Shown one piece after another: positions 18,943 to 29,495 of a DNA stretch of 64,000 bases. A program made the translations under genes and the position numbers. The notes beneath the pieces were generated by a model that saw only the letters and a program-made list of their open reading frames with translations, did no database searches and was not told where the DNA came from. The DNA is taken from the NCBI GenBank assembly GCA_028715645.1, contig JAQURK010000001.1, positions 17,806 through 81,805 of the forward strand, read 5' to 3'. The stretch comes from Candidatus Omnitrophota bacterium (lineage in GTDB: Bacteria; Omnitrophota; Gorgyraeia; JABMQH01). Position 1 is the stretch's first letter. The number at the start of each line of letters is the position of its first letter.

Positions 18943-19884
18943 TTAGGAGGCGCCTAACACATTACCTGGGGAAAACCGGTGGCCGCTGAGGAATTCCTTA
19001 AATGCCATAGGCCTTGAGCCTTCCTGCTGAAGCCTTTTTACTGCCAAGAAGCCCTGACCCGTCTTTACAATAATGCCCTTGTCTCCTTCGATAGCGATGA
19101 CCTCGCCTGGAACGCCCGTACGGCCTTCATCATAAATGACTTCTGTTTCAAGGATCTTAATGGTATGGCCTTTAAAAAGGGTGAATGCGGAAGGCCAGGG
19201 TAAAAGACCGCGCGCCCTGTTATGCAGCGCCGAAGCGGGCAGTTTCCAGTCTATCAGGCCGTCGCTTTTCTTTAACTTTGGGGCGAATGTCACAAAGGAC
19301 TCATCCTGCTTCTCAAACGACACTTTGTTGTTTTCTATCAAGCCTGCCGCTTCTTTTAAGACAGCGGCCCCCATCAAAGACAACCTCTCGCCCAGGGTGA
19401 CAGCATTATCTTCTTGGCTTATTTCTATTGCCTTGTCGAGAATTATATCGCCGGCATCCATCCTCTCTTCCATTTTAAACACGCTTACGCCTGTTCCTTT
19501 TTCACCGTTTATTATCGCCCAGTTGATAGGCGCCGCCCCGCGGTATCTGGGGAGGAGCGAGGCATGAAGATTTACTGAAAATTTTTTAGGGGCGGCCAAG
19601 ACTTCCCGTTTGAGGATCTGCCCAAATGAGACGACCGCGAATAGGTCGGCGCCCGCGCTTTTAAGTCTTTCGAGGGACGCGCTGTCAGAGGCGTTATCGG
19701 GCTGGAATACGGGCAGGTCAAGGGCGGTCGCGATCTCTTTTACCGGAGAAGGTGTAAGGCGCAGGTGCCTTCCCTTTTTCCTGTCGGGCTGCGTAACCAC
19801 CAGAAGGATCTTATGCCCGGCCTCAAGCAGCGCCTTTAAACTCGGCACCGCAAATCCCGACGTTCCAAAAAACACAATGTTCAT
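18943..19884 (-). CDS. fmt: Methionyl-tRNA formyltransferase
   Basis: MNIVFFGTSGFAVPSL...HASLLPRYRGAAPINWAII...SVFKMEERMDAGDII. Confidence 0.9.
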   Translation of the reverse strand: MNIVFFGTSGFAVPSLKALLEAGHKILLVVTQPDRKKGRHLRLTPSPVKEIATALDLPVFQPDNASDSASLERLKSAGADLFAVVSFGQILKREVLAAPKKFSVNLHASLLPRYRGAAPINWAIINGEKGTGVSVFKMEERMDAGDIILDKAIEISQEDNAVTLGERLSLMGAAVLKEAAGLIENNKVSFEKQDESFVTFAPKLKKSDGLIDWKLPASALHNRARGLLPWPSAFTLFKGHTIKILETEVIYDEGRTGVPGEVIAIEGDKGIIVKTGQGFLAVKRLQQEGSRPMAFKEFLSGHRFSPGNVLGAS

Positions 19885-19887
19885 GAC

Positions 19888-20412
19888 TTAGCAATATCGC
19901 CTGCCGAGGCAGGTGATGCCCATCTTCTTCTTATATTTGGCGATCAGGAGTTTTCTTTTCAGGAAACCCATCCTATCAATAAATAATACCCCGTTTAAAT
20001 GATCCATCTCATGATCTACAATCCGCGCCAGCATATCCGCCGCTTCAAGTGAAAATTCCTTGCCCTCCGGGTCCTTGCCCTTAACTCCGACCAGGCTATA
20101 ACGGGTTACCTCGCCGCTCATGGCGGGTATGCTGAGACAGCCCTCGCAATCCTTAACCCTTTTCCCCTTTCTGCAGGTGATCACCGGGTTTATTATGGCA
20201 AGCTCATCCGCCTTTTCTCCAGTGGGGTTACAGACGATAATCCTTTTTGACACGCCAACCTGAGGGGCCGCAAGACCTACCCCTCTCGCGAAATTCATCG
20301 TCTCGAACATATCCTGGATTAATTTTTTCTCGACAGCGGTAACCGCCCCAACGGCCGTTGCCTTCCGCCTTAAAATCTCGTCCGGAAATTTTCTTATCTC
20401 TAAAATCGCCAT
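19888..20412 (-). CDS. def: Peptide deformylase
   Basis: GVGLAAPQVG, EGCLS and HEMDHLNG metal-binding motifs. Sits directly upstream of fmt. Confidence 0.9.
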   Translation of the reverse strand: MAILEIRKFPDEILRRKATAVGAVTAVEKKLIQDMFETMNFARGVGLAAPQVGVSKRIIVCNPTGEKADELAIINPVITCRKGKRVKDCEGCLSIPAMSGEVTRYSLVGVKGKDPEGKEFSLEAADMLARIVDHEMDHLNGVLFIDRMGFLKRKLLIAKYKKKMGITCLGRRYC

Positions 20413-20414
20413 TT

Positions 20415-22421
20415 TTATACCATGTTTATGGGGTCGACATCTACCGTCATATAGGCGCCCCTTCCTTTTTTAAATTCTGCAACAAGGGGCCTTAATTGTA
20501 AAGAAAAATCTTTATCCGTCCTGAATTTCAAAAAAACATTCCATCTGTAGCTTCCCCTTACTTTTATCAAGGGTGAGGGCACCGGCCCAAGGACCTTAAA
20601 GACCTTTATCCCCCGGATGCGCGCCGCAAAGTCACTCGCCGCCTTTTTCGCCTTTTCCTCTTTGCCCGCCCTGAATGTGAATTTGATCAGCCGGTTATAC
20701 GGAGGAAAACCCAAAAACCTCCTTGTCGGTACTTCCTTTTCATAAAAAGCCTCGTAGTCATGCCTGCTTGCCGCGACGACCGCGTAATTATCGGGGGCAT
20801 ATGACTGTATAATGACCTCTGCGGGCGCCTCCCCCCTGCCTGCCCGACCCGCGACCTGGGTGAGGAGATCGAATGTGCGCTCCGATGCCCTGAAATCAGG
20901 CAGGTTTAACGAGGTGTCCGCAGAGATTACGCCTACCAGCGAAACCTGGGGAAAATCCAGGCCTTTCGCGATCATTTGAGTGCCGACAAGTATATCGATC
21001 TTTCCTTCCTTAAAGGCGTCCAGTATTCTTTCATGCGATCCTTTTTTTGAGGTAGCGTCCGTATCCATGCGGGCGATACGGGCGCTTGGAAAAAGGCGGT
21101 GTAATTCCGATTCGACTTTTTGCGTGCCGGAACCCGAAAATTTTATATATGCCCCCTTACATGAAGGGCATATGCGCGGGACATCAACCTTTCTGTTGCA
21201 ATAATGGCAAACCAGTTTGCCCGCGTCAGAATGATATACAAGCACTGACTTGCATTTTTGACACTCGCAGACATAACCGCACTTTTTGCAGTCAAGATGA
21301 GTGGAAAATCCCCGCCTGTTTAAAAAAAGCATTATCTGCCGTTTTCCGGACAGCGAGCGCGAAATAGCTTCTTCCAGAGGAAATGAAAATACCGCGAGCC
21401 TTTTTCTCTTGGCGAGTTCCTTGCGCATATCCACTATCTTTACTTTGGGAAGCTCTCTTTTTAAGATCCTCTCCGTCAAGCAAATTAACCTATACCTGCC
21501 GGTCTTTGCCGCATGATAGGCCTCGAGGGAAGGAGTGGCGCTGCCCAGTATCACAGTCGAGTTGGTAAGCTCTGCCCTTTTTATCGCGACCTCCCTTGCA
21601 TGGTAACGGGGTGAATCCTCCTGTTTGTATGACGTCTCATGCTCCTCATCAATGATAACGAGCCCCAGATTCTTGACAGGGGCAAAGATAGCGGAACGCG
21701 GCCCTATTACCACACGGCATTGGCCCTGGGCCGTCTTTTGCCATTCACTGAAACGCACGCCGGCTGAAAGCCTTGAATGGATTACTGAAACCTTGTCCCC
21801 AAACCTTGATTTAAAACGTTCGGTTGCCTGGGGGGTCAGCGAGATCTCTGGAACCAGCACGATGCTTGACATCCCGTGTTTTAGCGCGCGGTTTATTGCC
21901 TGCAGATACAATTCCGTTTTTCCGCTGGCTGTTATTCCAAATAAAAGATAAATCTCATGGCGGCGCTTGTCCAGGTCTTCCAGAATAGGCGTGAGGGCCT
22001 TCCTTTGCTGGGAAGTAAGATCAAGGTCAAAACTCTTATCGTATGAGCGCTCTGTTGTACCTTGCCTGGGTATCATCTTGGTTTTTCCCTTTCTTAGAGC
22101 CAAAGGGAGCGTATTTTCTATCGCCTCTCCGCGCGAACAAAAATAATAACCGGACATCCAGGCGGTAAGCCCAAGCATGGCTTCATCCAGCACCGGAATT
22201 TCGTCTATTACATCTTCTATATCCTTTATCTGATAGGGACCGGCCTCTCGGCTGCTTTTTAGTTCATCGGTAATAAGCCCCACAACGTATCCGACGAGCC
22301 TCTTTTTTCCAAACGGAACCCAGACCCGTTTACCCACGGCAATTTTAGTCTCGAGTGAATTGGGAACCGTATAATGGAAGGCTTTATCTATCGGAAGGCC
22401 CACAACAATTTCGGCTATCAT
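20415..22421 (-). CDS. priA: Primosomal protein N' (PriA helicase)
   Basis: Walker A (GITASGKT), DEEHE box (IIDEEHETSY), a Cys-rich zinc-binding insertion (CKKCGYVCECQKC...CHYC...CPSC), and helicase C motifs. Confidence 0.9.
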   Translation of the reverse strand: MIAEIVVGLPIDKAFHYTVPNSLETKIAVGKRVWVPFGKKRLVGYVVGLITDELKSSREAGPYQIKDIEDVIDEIPVLDEAMLGLTAWMSGYYFCSRGEAIENTLPLALRKGKTKMIPRQGTTERSYDKSFDLDLTSQQRKALTPILEDLDKRRHEIYLLFGITASGKTELYLQAINRALKHGMSSIVLVPEISLTPQATERFKSRFGDKVSVIHSRLSAGVRFSEWQKTAQGQCRVVIGPRSAIFAPVKNLGLVIIDEEHETSYKQEDSPRYHAREVAIKRAELTNSTVILGSATPSLEAYHAAKTGRYRLICLTERILKRELPKVKIVDMRKELAKRKRLAVFSFPLEEAISRSLSGKRQIMLFLNRRGFSTHLDCKKCGYVCECQKCKSVLVYHSDAGKLVCHYCNRKVDVPRICPSCKGAYIKFSGSGTQKVESELHRLFPSARIARMDTDATSKKGSHERILDAFKEGKIDILVGTQMIAKGLDFPQVSLVGVISADTSLNLPDFRASERTFDLLTQVAGRAGRGEAPAEVIIQSYAPDNYAVVAASRHDYEAFYEKEVPTRRFLGFPPYNRLIKFTFRAGKEEKAKKAASDFAARIRGIKVFKVLGPVPSPLIKVRGSYRWNVFLKFRTDKDFSLQLRPLVAEFKKGRGAYMTVDVDPINMV

Positions 22422-22424
22422 TTT

Positions 22425-23096
22425 TTATTCCGATGCGCGGAGCGCATGCCTAATCTTTTTCAAATCCTCCCATACCAGGCGTTTATCGCCCGGATTGCGC
22501 AAAAGATACGCGGGATGGAATGTAGGCATGACCTTTATATCATCCATTTCGTAAAATCTGCCCCTTAAGGCGCTGATAGGCGTTGCGCTGTTAAGCAAAA
22601 ATTGCGACGCAAATTTTCCAAGGCAGCATACGACCTTCGGATGAATGGATTCAATTTGCTCAAGGAGAAAATGCGAACAGGCCTCTATCTCATCGGGAAG
22701 AGGGCACCTGTTACCGGGCGGCCTGCATTTTAAAACATTGGCGATATAGACGTCTTCCCTTCGCATACCTATGGCCTCGATCATCTTTGTCAGGAGTTGC
22801 CCTGCCCTTCCGACAAAAGGTAAACCCTGCAGGTCTTCATCCGCCCCTGGCGCCTCTCCCACAAACATCAATCCCGCATGCGGCGAGCCGGAGCCAAAGA
22901 CCATATGAGTGCGCTTTTTATAAAGCGGACATGCCTTGCATGCCTCCGCCGCCTTTTTTATCCCTATCAATCCCTTTCTATCCTTATGCCGAATGTAGTT
23001 ATCCTGTGAAGAAGTTCTTCGCACAAATATCTCATTGATGCCGGCCAGCTTATCTGTCTCCAGATAGCCCTTTATGGACGCGATTATGCTTCGCAT
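22425..23096 (-). CDS. Uracil-DNA glycosylase, family 4
   Basis: GEAPGADEDLQGLPFVGRAGQLL motif and the HPAYLLRNP C-terminal motif. Confidence 0.85.
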   Translation of the reverse strand: MRSIIASIKGYLETDKLAGINEIFVRRTSSQDNYIRHKDRKGLIGIKKAAEACKACPLYKKRTHMVFGSGSPHAGLMFVGEAPGADEDLQGLPFVGRAGQLLTKMIEAIGMRREDVYIANVLKCRPPGNRCPLPDEIEACSHFLLEQIESIHPKVVCCLGKFASQFLLNSATPISALRGRFYEMDDIKVMPTFHPAYLLRNPGDKRLVWEDLKKIRHALRASE

Positions 23097-24241
23097 ACCA
23101 CAAACCTGGCGATTGCCGCCGCGGGATTTTCTTTTTTTATCTTCCTTATATTTTCTTTCATTTGTTTTAACAGGTTCGCGTCATGAAAGATGTCTTTAAT
23201 GATTTTTACCGCCTCTTGAGCCTCGTTTATCCTGAATGCCGCGCCGTTCTTAATAAGAAGGCGGCAATTCCTGCTTTCCTGCCCCGGTATCGGAGAAATT
23301 ATTATAAGCGGCAGCTCCTTTGCCACCGCCTCTGAAGATATCAGCCCTCCGGCCTTTGTTATAGAGACATCGGAAACGCTCATTAGTTCGTCGATGTAAT
23401 CTATGAAACCAAACGTATTCAAGCGGGTCGTTGGTCTTTGGCCCCTTCGGGAGGCTTCGCTCTCGTTGGTCGTTAGTTTATCGAGTCGTGCGCGCAATGC
23501 GGCGTTGTGGCCGCAGACAATTAATATCTGAAGCTGGAGTCCGCTTTTAATCAGGGCCTTGACAAGGGCCTCAATTGGCCCCACGCCAAAACCCCCGCCT
23601 GTTATAAGAACGGTGAACATATCGGGAGATATATTTAGTTTATCGCACACGGCCTTTTTTTCTTTTTGTTCATAAAATTTTGGATGTATCGGCATACCCA
23701 GCACATGTATGTTTTCGACAGAAACGCCCCACTTTTTTATCAGGTCCTGACGGGTCTCATTAAAACTTACGCAGAAGTGATCTGTCTCCCGTGAAAACCA
23801 GAATGAATGCATCCTGAAATCGGTAACACATGTTATAAGCATTGTCTTAAACCTGTTTTCTTTTTTAAGGCGCGAGATCACCTCTCCTGTCAGGAAATGA
23901 GTTGATATTACGATATCAGGATTATACTCAAGTAAAAGATCCTCAAGCGCCCTTGCGTTGTTCTTATTAACAAGGCGCCTGGCTATCCTGACAAAAGGAA
24001 AGAGCTGTCTGATATCAAGACAATAGTAAAAAAAACCCCAGATCGCGGGCATACGCAGCACTACGAATAGATAGGTCCTCGCATATGATCGCTTAAAGAA
24101 GTTTGTTGTATAATGGAGAGCGTCGATTATCTTTATCTGGGTATCCGGCGGGGATAAGCAATCAAGGGCATTCTTGATGGCAAAGGCGGCGCGCTTATGC
24201 CCTTCCCCCGCTGTTGCATAGACAATTAAGATCTTTTTCAT
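23084..24241 (-). CDS. Glycosyltransferase family 28-like (MGDG/diglucosyl-DAG synthase-like)
   Basis: N-terminal MKKILIVYATAGEGHKRAA motif and a C-terminal GT-B domain. Fits a monogalactosyl/glucosyl-diacylglycerol synthase fold. Confidence 0.6.
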   Translation of the reverse strand: MKKILIVYATAGEGHKRAAFAIKNALDCLSPPDTQIKIIDALHYTTNFFKRSYARTYLFVVLRMPAIWGFFYYCLDIRQLFPFVRIARRLVNKNNARALEDLLLEYNPDIVISTHFLTGEVISRLKKENRFKTMLITCVTDFRMHSFWFSRETDHFCVSFNETRQDLIKKWGVSVENIHVLGMPIHPKFYEQKEKKAVCDKLNISPDMFTVLITGGGFGVGPIEALVKALIKSGLQLQILIVCGHNAALRARLDKLTTNESEASRRGQRPTTRLNTFGFIDYIDELMSVSDVSITKAGGLISSEAVAKELPLIIISPIPGQESRNCRLLIKNGAAFRINEAQEAVKIIKDIFHDANLLKQMKENIRKIKKENPAAAIARFVVCEA

Positions 24242-24263
24242 CCTTATTTATCCTTATGTATCC

Positions 24264-24833
24264 CTATATATCCTTATCTTTCTTTATTATCTCCTCTACC
24301 GCTTCTTTCAGGTCCTTTTTAATAATATCCGGTTTTATAGGCCAGTCCTTTGTCTCATCCTCTGTCTTTGTCATGCCGCTTAAAACCAGGACCGTCCTTA
24401 AGCCTGCCCGGTTTCCCGCCTCGATGTCCGTCCTTTTGTCGCCTATCAGATAGGTTTTGGCAAGATTGACATCAAGGTCTTTTATCGCCGGCATAAGCAG
24501 CCCTGTCTTTGGTTTTCTGCAATCGCAGTTATCAGCCGCTGTATGGACACAGTACCTCACCGTCCATATCCTGCCGCCGGCAAGCCTTATCCGCTCAAGC
24601 ATCTTTTCGGTGATTTCTTCCAATCGTTTATCCGTATATATCCCTTTTCCGACGCCGGCCTGGTTTGAGATTACCGCTATCTTCACCCCTTTATCAGTGA
24701 GGTATTTAATCGCCTCCAGGGCGCCGGATAAAAAATGGAAGTCCTCCCAACGGGTGACATAACCTTCCCTGGTAATCTCGCCGGGATCCCTGTTGATAAC
24801 GCCATCCCTGTCGATGAATATCAGTTTATCCAT
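24264..24833 (-). CDS. gmhB: D-glycero-D-manno-heptose 1,7-bisphosphate phosphatase (HAD-IIIA)
   Basis: LIFIDRDGVIN HAD motif I, ~190 aa, GmhB/HisB-N family. Sits in a heptosyltransferase-containing cluster. Confidence 0.8.
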   Translation of the reverse strand: MDKLIFIDRDGVINRDPGEITREGYVTRWEDFHFLSGALEAIKYLTDKGVKIAVISNQAGVGKGIYTDKRLEEITEKMLERIRLAGGRIWTVRYCVHTAADNCDCRKPKTGLLMPAIKDLDVNLAKTYLIGDKRTDIEAGNRAGLRTVLVLSGMTKTEDETKDWPIKPDIIKKDLKEAVEEIIKKDKDI

Positions 24834-25529
24834 TTATGCTTTGAACCGGTATTTAAGAAGCGCCCAAAGCGCGCCGAAGGCATGCCACCAGTAAATCTTT
24901 TTCCCCTCTTCATAACTGCGGCCGTAATATGAGATGGGGACCTCATAGATGCGAAGTTTCTTTTTTAATAATTTTGCCGTTATTTCGGGTTCAACCTCAA
25001 AACCTCTTGATTCGATATTCAGTGTCGCAAGCAGATCGGCCCTGAACATCTTATAGCAGGTCTCGATATCCGTAAGGGTGGTATTGAACAGGATGCCCGC
25101 AAACAGCGTAATTACCTTATTCCCTACCCTGTGCCAAAACATATAAGCCCTCTGCGGCTTCGCGAACGTTAGCCTTGAGCCGTAGACCACATCTGCCCTT
25201 TCTTTACGTATGGGTATCAGCATCTCATCAAATTCCTCAGGATCATATTCCGTATCCGCGTCCTGTATGACAACGACATCGGATGTAACTTCCTTAAAGC
25301 CGGACTTGAGCGCGGCGCCCTTCCCTTGGTTTCGCGCATGGTGGATTATCTTGACCCTTCCGTCCGCGGGAAATTTCTTAAGGATATCGGCTGTTCCGTC
25401 CGTTGAGCCATCGTCGACAACGATCAACTGGCTTACGGCGGCGACCTTAAGAACCCGCGCTATCATCTCCGCAACCGTATTTTTCTCATTATAAACCGGC
25501 ATTACAACCGATAATGACAGCTGTTTCAT
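24834..25529 (-). CDS. GT2 polyprenyl-phosphate glycosyltransferase (DPM1/ArnC-like)
   Basis: SVVMPVYNE...VVDDGSTDGT...D-x-D motif, ~230 aa, soluble. Confidence 0.75.
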   Translation of the reverse strand: MKQLSLSVVMPVYNEKNTVAEMIARVLKVAAVSQLIVVDDGSTDGTADILKKFPADGRVKIIHHARNQGKGAALKSGFKEVTSDVVVIQDADTEYDPEEFDEMLIPIRKERADVVYGSRLTFAKPQRAYMFWHRVGNKVITLFAGILFNTTLTDIETCYKMFRADLLATLNIESRGFEVEPEITAKLLKKKLRIYEVPISYYGRSYEEGKKIYWWHAFGALWALLKYRFKA

Positions 25530-26293
25530 GAAGCCCCCTTTGCCTTTTTTAATTCCCAGTATTTGGCGAAGCTCATAACCTGATAAAGGCCGGCAAAAAA
25601 AGCGACCATAAAGCCGATAAAGCCGTCTTTATAGCCTTTTTTAATAACGAAGGTCTTGAAAAATCTGCCTATGGCCTTTTGGGCCGCTAAACCTTGAGAC
25701 ATTTTTCGCCCGTCCTTAAACCACTTTTTCGCCTCTTCGTCTGTCTGCCTGTTTAAACTTTCAAGGAAGTGGGAGAAATTTGGATAGCCCTTATGTATTA
25801 TATCAGACTTAAGGCATGACCATTGTCCCTCAAGCATGGCCCTGGGATGGACGCCTACTTCTTCATACTTAAAGTTATCTTTTTTAAAAAGTCTCAGTTT
25901 GCCCGCCGGATACCAGCCGCCGTGCCTTACCCAGTAATCGCCGATATAGTTCCTTAAAGGTATGGCAAAGCCTGTAAAATCGGTACCCTTTGCAAACAAA
26001 TTCCCAATCTCTTTTCCCAATTCCGGGGTTGCCGTCTCATCCGCGTCAAGGCTCAGCACCCATTCATTCCGCGCTTTCTGGTATGCCCAATTTCTGTGTA
26101 TGCCTTCCACATCCATTCTGCGCTTAAAGACCTGCGCATTATGACTGCTTGCGATCTCAACCGTCCTGTCCTGGCTGAAATCATCAACCACGATCAATTC
26201 ATCGGCCCATTGGACGCTCTTTAGGCAATCGCCGATGTTCGCCTCTTCATTCTTTGTAATAACCACAACAGATAACGGAACCTTATCAGCCAT
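25526..26293 (-). CDS. GT2 glycosyltransferase (LPS core-type)
   Basis: LSVVVITKNEE...LIVVDDFSQD GT-A motifs. Confidence 0.75.
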   Translation of the reverse strand: MADKVPLSVVVITKNEEANIGDCLKSVQWADELIVVDDFSQDRTVEIASSHNAQVFKRRMDVEGIHRNWAYQKARNEWVLSLDADETATPELGKEIGNLFAKGTDFTGFAIPLRNYIGDYWVRHGGWYPAGKLRLFKKDNFKYEEVGVHPRAMLEGQWSCLKSDIIHKGYPNFSHFLESLNRQTDEEAKKWFKDGRKMSQGLAAQKAIGRFFKTFVIKKGYKDGFIGFMVAFFAGLYQVMSFAKYWELKKAKGAS

Positions 26294-27152
26294 ATAGTCT
26301 CCTCATTTGAAGCAGGCCGGACTTAAGTCCCATTGTATCGATGCCGGCCTCGACTCTCAATTTATCCGCGCGCAAGCCGCCCTTTTTCGGCCTGGACGCC
26401 GGCTGTTTTAATTCAGCCGTAGATGTACCTTTTACGAACGTCTTATCCAGGCCAAACGATTCCGCGATATTTTCCGCGAATTCCGTCCTGTTCAGGTAAT
26501 CGGGTCCCGCCACATTAAATATGCCTTGCCTTTTATCTTTTATCAGCCTGGCGGTGATCGCCGATATATCCTCAACATAGGTTGGGGTCCCAAACTGGTC
26601 ATAAGGCGCCCGTATCTCCCTGTTTTCCTTTAAGGCCCTTATTACCTGCATCGCGAAATTAAGCCCGCTCTGCTGATACCCGTAAAGGCTGCATGTCCTT
26701 ATGATAAGATATCTTTTAAGTTCCTTTTGTATGATTTTTTCTGCCTCCAATTTAGTCCTGCCGTAACAGTTTATGGGGTTAGGCTTGTCTTCTTCGGTGT
26801 ACGGCCCGGCCTCCCCGTCAAAAACATAATCCGAAGAATAAAATACAAGGGAGGAGCCCTGCCGCTTCGCGGCAACAGCCACTTCTTTGGGGCCTTCCGA
26901 ATTCACTTGCCAGGCAAGGTCCTGGTTTTGTTCGCAAAAATCAACCCCGGTGATTGACGCCGTAAGCAAAATTACCTCGGGCCTGGCGCGCGAAATAACC
27001 TCTTTCACGAGGCCTTTTTCGGTTAAATCAATGTAGGCCAGTCCTTTTACCTTCTCGCATTTATCCGCGCCGGCGGCCTCGTTGCCCTTTGAGAGATCCT
27101 TTAAAAGATAATTACCGAGAAATCCGGCGGCGCCGATGATCAGTATCTTCAT
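26286..27152 (-). CDS. dTDP-4-dehydrorhamnose reductase-like (RmlD family)
   Basis: MKILIIGAAGFLG Rossmann motif, YGRTKLEAE catalytic YxxxK, RmlD substrate-binding-type C-terminus. Confidence 0.75.
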   Translation of the reverse strand: MKILIIGAAGFLGNYLLKDLSKGNEAAGADKCEKVKGLAYIDLTEKGLVKEVISRARPEVILLTASITGVDFCEQNQDLAWQVNSEGPKEVAVAAKRQGSSLVFYSSDYVFDGEAGPYTEEDKPNPINCYGRTKLEAEKIIQKELKRYLIIRTCSLYGYQQSGLNFAMQVIRALKENREIRAPYDQFGTPTYVEDISAITARLIKDKRQGIFNVAGPDYLNRTEFAENIAESFGLDKTFVKGTSTAELKQPASRPKKGGLRADKLRVEAGIDTMGLKSGLLQMRRLYG

Positions 27153-28258
27153 TGTGATTTAAGCCCTCTTACGATTCTCGCCAGATCTTGGGCGCCGGGG
27201 CGCAAAAGGACCGCCGCTTTATAGAGGGGCGCAAACTTCATAAGAAGTGAGGCGACGCGTTCATCGTCGGAAATAATAAGGTCGTAGCTTTTTTTTCTTT
27301 TGATAAGGACCTGCCACAGAGAGGACCATATAAAATTTTTGTCTCCGCAAAATTTAAGATGAACATTCGCGTGCTCAGCCAGCCCCGACTGTTCAAAAAT
27401 ATTAAGCCGGGCGGAGGGGTCCTCGCCTTTGATGAAGAGGTACATATAATTTCCATCTCTTGCCAGCTGGATGGATGAAGAAAGCGCGTTTTTAAATTCG
27501 CCGTTTTTTGTCTCGCGGCTCACAACTTGAAGAATTCTAAGCGGCCTGCCCCATTTTTTATAAAATCTTTCCTTATTCTTTTCCGCGATTGCGTTGATCT
27601 TTCTTACCTGCCCCGTTGAGCCGTGGCCGTGATGCCATACATATGAACCGCGCGCGATCACGCACCTGTAGCCCGCCCTTGCCGCGGTCATGGAATAATC
27701 CGTGTCTTCATACAGGGCAAGGACATACCCCTCGTCGATAAAACCGATCTTTTCGATTACCTCTTTTTTTATAAGCATGCAAAACGAGATGCAGTGCCCC
27801 ACCTCCAGGTATTTGTCTTTATAACCGAAAAGCGAGGCGGCATAGTCATTTAAGGGCATGCATTCCGGCGGTACCTGGTTAAAATTATTACTGGAAGGGT
27901 TTATCATCCCTATCTCGCGGTTATTTCCCGCAAGGTCTATCATGACGGATAGCCATCCCGGCGTAACCGTAGTGTCGCTGTCTAAAAAACATACAAAATC
28001 CGCCTGTATGTCCCCAAGAGCGATATTTCTTGCCTTTCCCGGGCCGGCATTTTCACTGTTAAATTTCACCTCAATATCTACATTGTCGTTGCCTTTGAGG
28101 CCGCGCAGGTATTCGCGCGTATCGTCCCGGCTGGCATTATCCACTATGATAAGACGGCTTTTGACGCCGGTGCAGGCAAGGACGCTGTTTACGCATCCCT
28201 TTATATATTCAAGGCCGTTCCATGTAACTACGATTATATCGCACCTGTATTTTGCCAT
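27149..28258 (-). CDS. GT2 glycosyltransferase with a C-terminal extension
   Basis: DIIVVTWNG...IIVDNASRDDT, DSD motif, ~130-aa unknown C-terminal domain. Confidence 0.7.
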   Translation of the reverse strand: MAKYRCDIIVVTWNGLEYIKGCVNSVLACTGVKSRLIIVDNASRDDTREYLRGLKGNDNVDIEVKFNSENAGPGKARNIALGDIQADFVCFLDSDTTVTPGWLSVMIDLAGNNREIGMINPSSNNFNQVPPECMPLNDYAASLFGYKDKYLEVGHCISFCMLIKKEVIEKIGFIDEGYVLALYEDTDYSMTAARAGYRCVIARGSYVWHHGHGSTGQVRKINAIAEKNKERFYKKWGRPLRILQVVSRETKNGEFKNALSSSIQLARDGNYMYLFIKGEDPSARLNIFEQSGLAEHANVHLKFCGDKNFIWSSLWQVLIKRKKSYDLIISDDERVASLLMKFAPLYKAAVLLRPGAQDLARIVRGLKSQ

Positions 28259-29106
28259 TAACCGATACTCTTCGCCATAGCCATTTGTTCCAGCATCGCT
28301 GACACCCTCTTGTCGTAGGTGTGCGATGAGGCCGCGAGGTCTTTTCCGGCCGCGGCCACAGCCCTTCTTTCATTATTATTTTCCAGATAGCGCTTAATCA
28401 TGAGAAATATTTCTTGAGGCGAGCTGTATACCGCCACATTTTTTTTATCCTCAAAAAGACCGTCAAACCCGTTTCCCTCCACATGGTTTGTAAGCAGCAT
28501 TGCCCCGCAGGCCATTACCTCAAATACCCGCATATTTATATCGTTTGCTATGGAATAATTAAACCCTATCTTTGCCTTGCTGTATATCTCTGATATTTGC
28601 GTAAAGGGAGCGTTGCCTATATAGGAACCCGGAAACCTTTCCCTTATCTCCTGGAGAAGCAGCTTTCTCGGCAATCCCCCGTCGTTTCCAATAAAGGCGA
28701 TGTCGATTGTTCTTTCCGTGCCCAAATCGCGGTGCAACTCGGAGTCGCAGGCGTGGGGCAGCCAAGAAACTTTATCTCCGCAGACGGCCTTGAGTTTAAG
28801 GTAACCGTCGTATTGCGCGCAAAAGACATGGTCATATAGTGGCGCCACGCCATTTATGGCCAAAAAGGGCTTTTTTAGATGGACGTCGCTCGCGTAAAAG
28901 AAAGAGGGCTTAAGCCTGCCATGCGGGATATCGTATTTATAATCGCCGTCATCTATCCTTAGATAGCAGTCAAACCGGGGCTCGATGCGGCCCGAATCCT
29001 TTAACCAGAAATGAGTCACGGCGTGGCCGGCCTTTACAAACGCTTTTTTATAATATTCGCCCAGGGTATCTTCCCGCAACTTATCATATATTATCGCGAT
29101 ATTCAT
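28258..29106 (-). CDS. CgeB-family / GT1-like glycosyltransferase
   Basis: C-terminal GT1-like region (FEVMACGAMLLTN) with a CgeB/DUF3880-like N-terminus. Confidence 0.55.
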   Translation of the reverse strand: MNIAIIYDKLREDTLGEYYKKAFVKAGHAVTHFWLKDSGRIEPRFDCYLRIDDGDYKYDIPHGRLKPSFFYASDVHLKKPFLAINGVAPLYDHVFCAQYDGYLKLKAVCGDKVSWLPHACDSELHRDLGTERTIDIAFIGNDGGLPRKLLLQEIRERFPGSYIGNAPFTQISEIYSKAKIGFNYSIANDINMRVFEVMACGAMLLTNHVEGNGFDGLFEDKKNVAVYSSPQEIFLMIKRYLENNNERRAVAAAGKDLAASSHTYDKRVSAMLEQMAMAKSIG

Positions 29107-29135
29107 AAACTTATATATATCCTTATCTATCCCTA

Positions 29136-29495
29136 TTATTCCCTATTATTCCTTATTTCATACCCCTTTTCCGTTTCAATCAAAATTTTCGCGTCTAACC
29201 CAAATCCCCTGACCCATTTTCTCGTTTGTTCTTTTGTTACAATTACCGTTTCCAATCCTTCCAGTATCCGGTGCCATAAAAAATAAAAAAACAGGTACGG
29301 GTTAAAAAAAATTCTTGGGATCGCGTGAATCCTCAAGCCGTCGGGCCTGGTAATGACGCCCAGGACCCTTTTATTTACTGTGCCCTTGATGATAATATCT
29401 ACGGATAAATTGTTTTTTAACAGCGCCGAGGAAAGTTCCTTCGCGCCGCGCCAGCCAACCTCAGAAATGATCAGGGCCTTTTTACATCCAGTCAT
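29136..29495 (-). CDS. Hypothetical protein
   Basis: 119-aa ORF packed between two sugar enzymes on the same strand. No recognised motif. Confidence 0.35.
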   Translation of the reverse strand: MTGCKKALIISEVGWRGAKELSSALLKNNLSVDIIIKGTVNKRVLGVITRPDGLRIHAIPRIFFNPYLFFYFLWHRILEGLETVIVTKEQTRKWVRGFGLDAKILIETEKGYEIRNNRE